This document shows positions 61,599-64,000 of a stretch of DNA of 64,000 bases, piece by piece. The notes beneath the pieces are model-generated. The model saw only the letters and a list, made by a program, of their open reading frames with translations, was not told the DNA's origin and made no database searches. The DNA is taken from contig CAVUKB010000007.1 in NCBI GenBank assembly GCA_963741955.1, positions 992,001-1,056,000 of the forward strand, written 5' to 3'. Made by a program: the position numbers and the translations under genes. Origin of the DNA: an uncultured Acidobacteriota bacterium. Lineage in GTDB: Bacteria; Acidobacteriota; Thermoanaerobaculia; Gp7-AA8. Position 1 is the stretch's first letter. Every line of letters starts with the position of its first letter.

Positions 61599-62984
61599 AT
61601 GAAAAAGCTTTTCGCATTGGTTGCGATGGCGTGCCTGCTGATGGCGGGTTCGGCGTTCGCGCAGTCGGTCGCTCCGACGACGACCGCGAACAATGATACC
61701 TGCGACATCGCGACCGCCCCTGCGGCCACGCTGCTGCTTCCGTACTTCGAGGTCGGTACCGGTACCGACGCGACGACGGCCGTGAACACCCTGTTCACGC
61801 TGACCAACGTCTCGGACGAGCCGGCGATCGCCCACGTCACCGTGTGGTCGAACTGGTCTTATCCGGTCCTCGACTTCAACATCTTCCTGACTGGCTATGA
61901 CGTGCAGCCGGTCAGCCTCTATGACATTCTGACCCGTGGTCAGATCCCGCCGACCAGCTGGCCGTCCTCGGCTTCCGGCTTCGGCTCGCGCTCGCTGACG
62001 ACCGCCCCGACGCGTTTCGCCGGTGGCGCTCAGACCGCGTGCACGAACCTCCCGGGCCCGATTCCGGCCTCGCTGCTCAACCAGGTGCAGAGCGCGCTGA
62101 CCGGCGGCTCCTACCAGGGTTGCCCGCAGGTTGGTGATGTCAGCAACAACATGATCGGCTACGTGACCATCGACACCGCGAACACCTGCTCGCAGTCGCT
62201 GCCGATCGATGCCTCGTACTACAACACGGAAATCCTGTATGACAACGTCCTCACCGGCGACTTCGTGCTCGTGAACCCGACGGCCACCACCGGCAACTAT
62301 GCCGCTGGCAACCCGATGGTCCACATCCGTGCAGTCCCCGAGGGTGGTTCCGCGGGTACCGGTGCGACCTCCCTGCCGAACACCTTCTATTCGCGTTACT
62401 CCACCTACAACGGCGCGCTCGTGAGCGATCGTCGTCAGCCGCTGCCGGCGCAGTTCGCGGCACGGTACATCGAAGGCGGAGCGGGAAGCTTCAACACCAA
62501 CTTCCTGATCTGGCGTGAAGGCATCCTGATCGGTGCCGACACGACCTGCGGCAACATCGACCTCAACTCGGCGTTCCCGTACACGGAGTTCGTGCGGTTC
62601 GACGAGCATGAGAACCCGACCACCCAGAGCGGCTCCTGCCAGATTTCTCCCTGCCCTCCGGGCCAGGGTCTGACCGAAGCGCAGTCGCTCACCCCCGGCG
62701 ATGCAGTCTTCCCGCCGGCGTTCAGCGGCACCAGCGACCTCGGTGGCTGGATGTACATGAACCTCAACAACCCGACCACGAAGGTCGAGCCTGATCCGAT
62801 CGCCTCCCAGAACTGGGTGGTTGTCGACATGACGGCCGAGGGTCGGTATGGAATCGACTTCGACGCAACGTACCTTGCGAACGGCTGCACGCCGGTCCTG
62901 GGTGTGACGTCGACGACGCGTACTCCGTCGCCCGACACGAAGATCATGCCGGAGTCGACTCGTACGATTCACCCGGCGTACTAA
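61599..62984 (+). CDS. Secreted Thr/Ser/Asn-rich surface protein (S-layer-like candidate)
   Basis: Signal peptide; NNDTCDIATAPAATLLLPYFEV, GY.TID, GNPMVHIRA, SDRRQPLP..FAARYI, GWMYMNL, SQNWV; own promoter region and terminator. Confidence 0.8.
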   Translation: MKKLFALVAMACLLMAGSAFAQSVAPTTTANNDTCDIATAPAATLLLPYFEVGTGTDATTAVNTLFTLTNVSDEPAIAHVTVWSNWSYPVLDFNIFLTGYDVQPVSLYDILTRGQIPPTSWPSSASGFGSRSLTTAPTRFAGGAQTACTNLPGPIPASLLNQVQSALTGGSYQGCPQVGDVSNNMIGYVTIDTANTCSQSLPIDASYYNTEILYDNVLTGDFVLVNPTATTGNYAAGNPMVHIRAVPEGGSAGTGATSLPNTFYSRYSTYNGALVSDRRQPLPAQFAARYIEGGAGSFNTNFLIWREGILIGADTTCGNIDLNSAFPYTEFVRFDEHENPTTQSGSCQISPCPPGQGLTEAQSLTPGDAVFPPAFSGTSDLGGWMYMNLNNPTTKVEPDPIASQNWVVVDMTAEGRYGIDFDATYLANGCTPVLGVTSTTRTPSPDTKIMPESTRTIHPAY

Positions 62985-63012
62985 GCGTCGGTCACAGGTT
63001 TGACGCCTGTCT

Positions 63013-63048
63013 GAGGCGGGCCGGGTAACCGGCCCGCCTCTTTGTTTT
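63013..63048 (+). terminator. Rho-independent terminator
   Basis: GAGGCGGGCCGG-gtaa-CCGGCCCGCCTC followed by TTTGTTTT. Confidence 0.85.
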
Positions 63049-63215
63049 CATTGCGAAATCACGTTGCTCGGGTTATCTTGTATTGACCTGTACCACCAGG
63101 TCGGGTGTGAAGTTATTCGGAACATTAAATAACTGTGTCGGGTGGGAATGGGGCGGTTCAACACTCGGTTTGCTGGCCCGGGTTCCTTTCCGCAGATCTT
63201 CTCCAGGGGGTGGAT

Positions 63216-64000
63216 GTGAAACACACCGCGTCGAGAGTCGTCCTTCTCAGCACCATCATCATGGCCTTTACGGCCCTCGCCTCGGCGCAGGACTTTCCAT
63301 GGCCGCGATCCGTCGGAAGTCCGAACGACTCGTGCACTACGTGCAAATCGCCGTGGACGAATCTCCCGACCTACCCCTACTCTCTCCCGCTCAAGGATCA
63401 CGCCGGGCGCTTCGTCGATTCGACTCGCACGCGCGATTACCAGCAGCCATTGCGTACCCTGCGCGCTCGCGGGCTCAAGATCTCTCCCGAGAACGGGCAG
63501 ATCTACATGATGCTCGGCTCCTCATTCGTGACGTACAAACTGTCGAACTTCTTCTCGAGCAAGCTCGGTCAGCCGCTCTCGGTTGCAAACAACCACCAGG
63601 ATGGGAACACCACGGTACCTGGCGAACAGTATCTCGCGTGGGACGGCTACTTCTACGCGGAGAAGAGCAACTGGAATTGTCCGATCCAGGATGGGCAGGA
63701 CCGTCTCTTCGACTTCGACTGGGACGACCGGGGTGACATCTATCTCGCGTATTCGGTGTTCCATTGGGGCATCCTTCAGCAGACTCCGAGCGGGGTGACG
63801 AGCGTCAAACAGGTCGTCAACGACGCAGATCCTTCTCCGACCATGATCGCGTCTTTCAAGGCCGGCTCGAAGTACTACGCGTACGTCACCAGCTCTTCAT
63901 CGGCCAAAGAAGCGACCATCTGGGACGTGACCAACGTCACCAACCCTTCACTGGTGAAAAAGTTCTCCGTCTACTCCGGGAGTGGTGAAGGCGCACGTGC
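63216..64000 (+). CDS. Partial secreted protein (runs off the window)
   Basis: Not in the ORF track. GTG start after AGGGGG; MKHTASRVVLLSTIIMAFTALASAQDFPWP...DGQDRLFDFDWDDRGDIYLAYSVFHWG..., open to the window end. Confidence 0.75.
   Translation, partial: MKHTASRVVLLSTIIMAFTALASAQDFPWPRSVGSPNDSCTTCKSPWTNLPTYPYSLPLKDHAGRFVDSTRTRDYQQPLRTLRARGLKISPENGQIYMMLGSSFVTYKLSNFFSSKLGQPLSVANNHQDGNTTVPGEQYLAWDGYFYAEKSNWNCPIQDGQDRLFDFDWDDRGDIYLAYSVFHWGILQQTPSGVTSVKQVVNDADPSPTMIASFKAGSKYYAYVTSSSSAKEATIWDVTNVTNPSLVKKFSVYSGSGEGAR

Noticed and set aside
63330-63350. CTTCK in the last ORF as an NrfA-like haem motif
   Set aside because: Single motif, no CxxCH sites or cytochrome context; more likely a disulfide pair

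Overview
High-GC bacterial chromosomal window. The gene content (split F0 operon with signal-peptide-like AtpE, 11-subunit nuo operon, 'APAATLLLPYFEV' secreted protein, GTGG-type REPs) suggests Acidobacteriota, probably Thermoanaerobaculia-like; this is inference only. The left end (1-3.6 kb) holds the start of a contractile injection system (eCIS/Afp-PVC-like: Pvc16-like cap, sheath, tube, Pro-rich protein, tube-initiator-like gene) that runs off the window. Next comes an accessory region: VapBC, a nucleotidyltransferase plus small-protein pair, a GGDEF protein, a large secreted Cys-rich protein, a PAS kinase/receiver cascade with one frameshift, an M1 peptidase, a truncated GH15, SodC/BrxA and an FHA-STAS/Ser-Thr kinase module. 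A large bioenergetic cluster follows: two different membrane pyrophosphatases, two OmpA paralogues, a MidA/NDUFAF7 methyltransferase, nuoABCD-HIJKLMN, a 2.7 kb REP-like tandem array and atpZ-I-B-E. The right end is a putative cell-surface locus. Most notable: (1) a complex I lacking NuoEFG in this operon, whose NuoB carries a tethered extra Fe-S domain and whose NuoL has a 27-residue duplication of the amphipathic arm although only one nuoM is present; (2) a family of small MITE-like elements sharing one internal core behind three different terminal repeats; (3) a 12-unit REP mosaic array between nuoN and atpZ.
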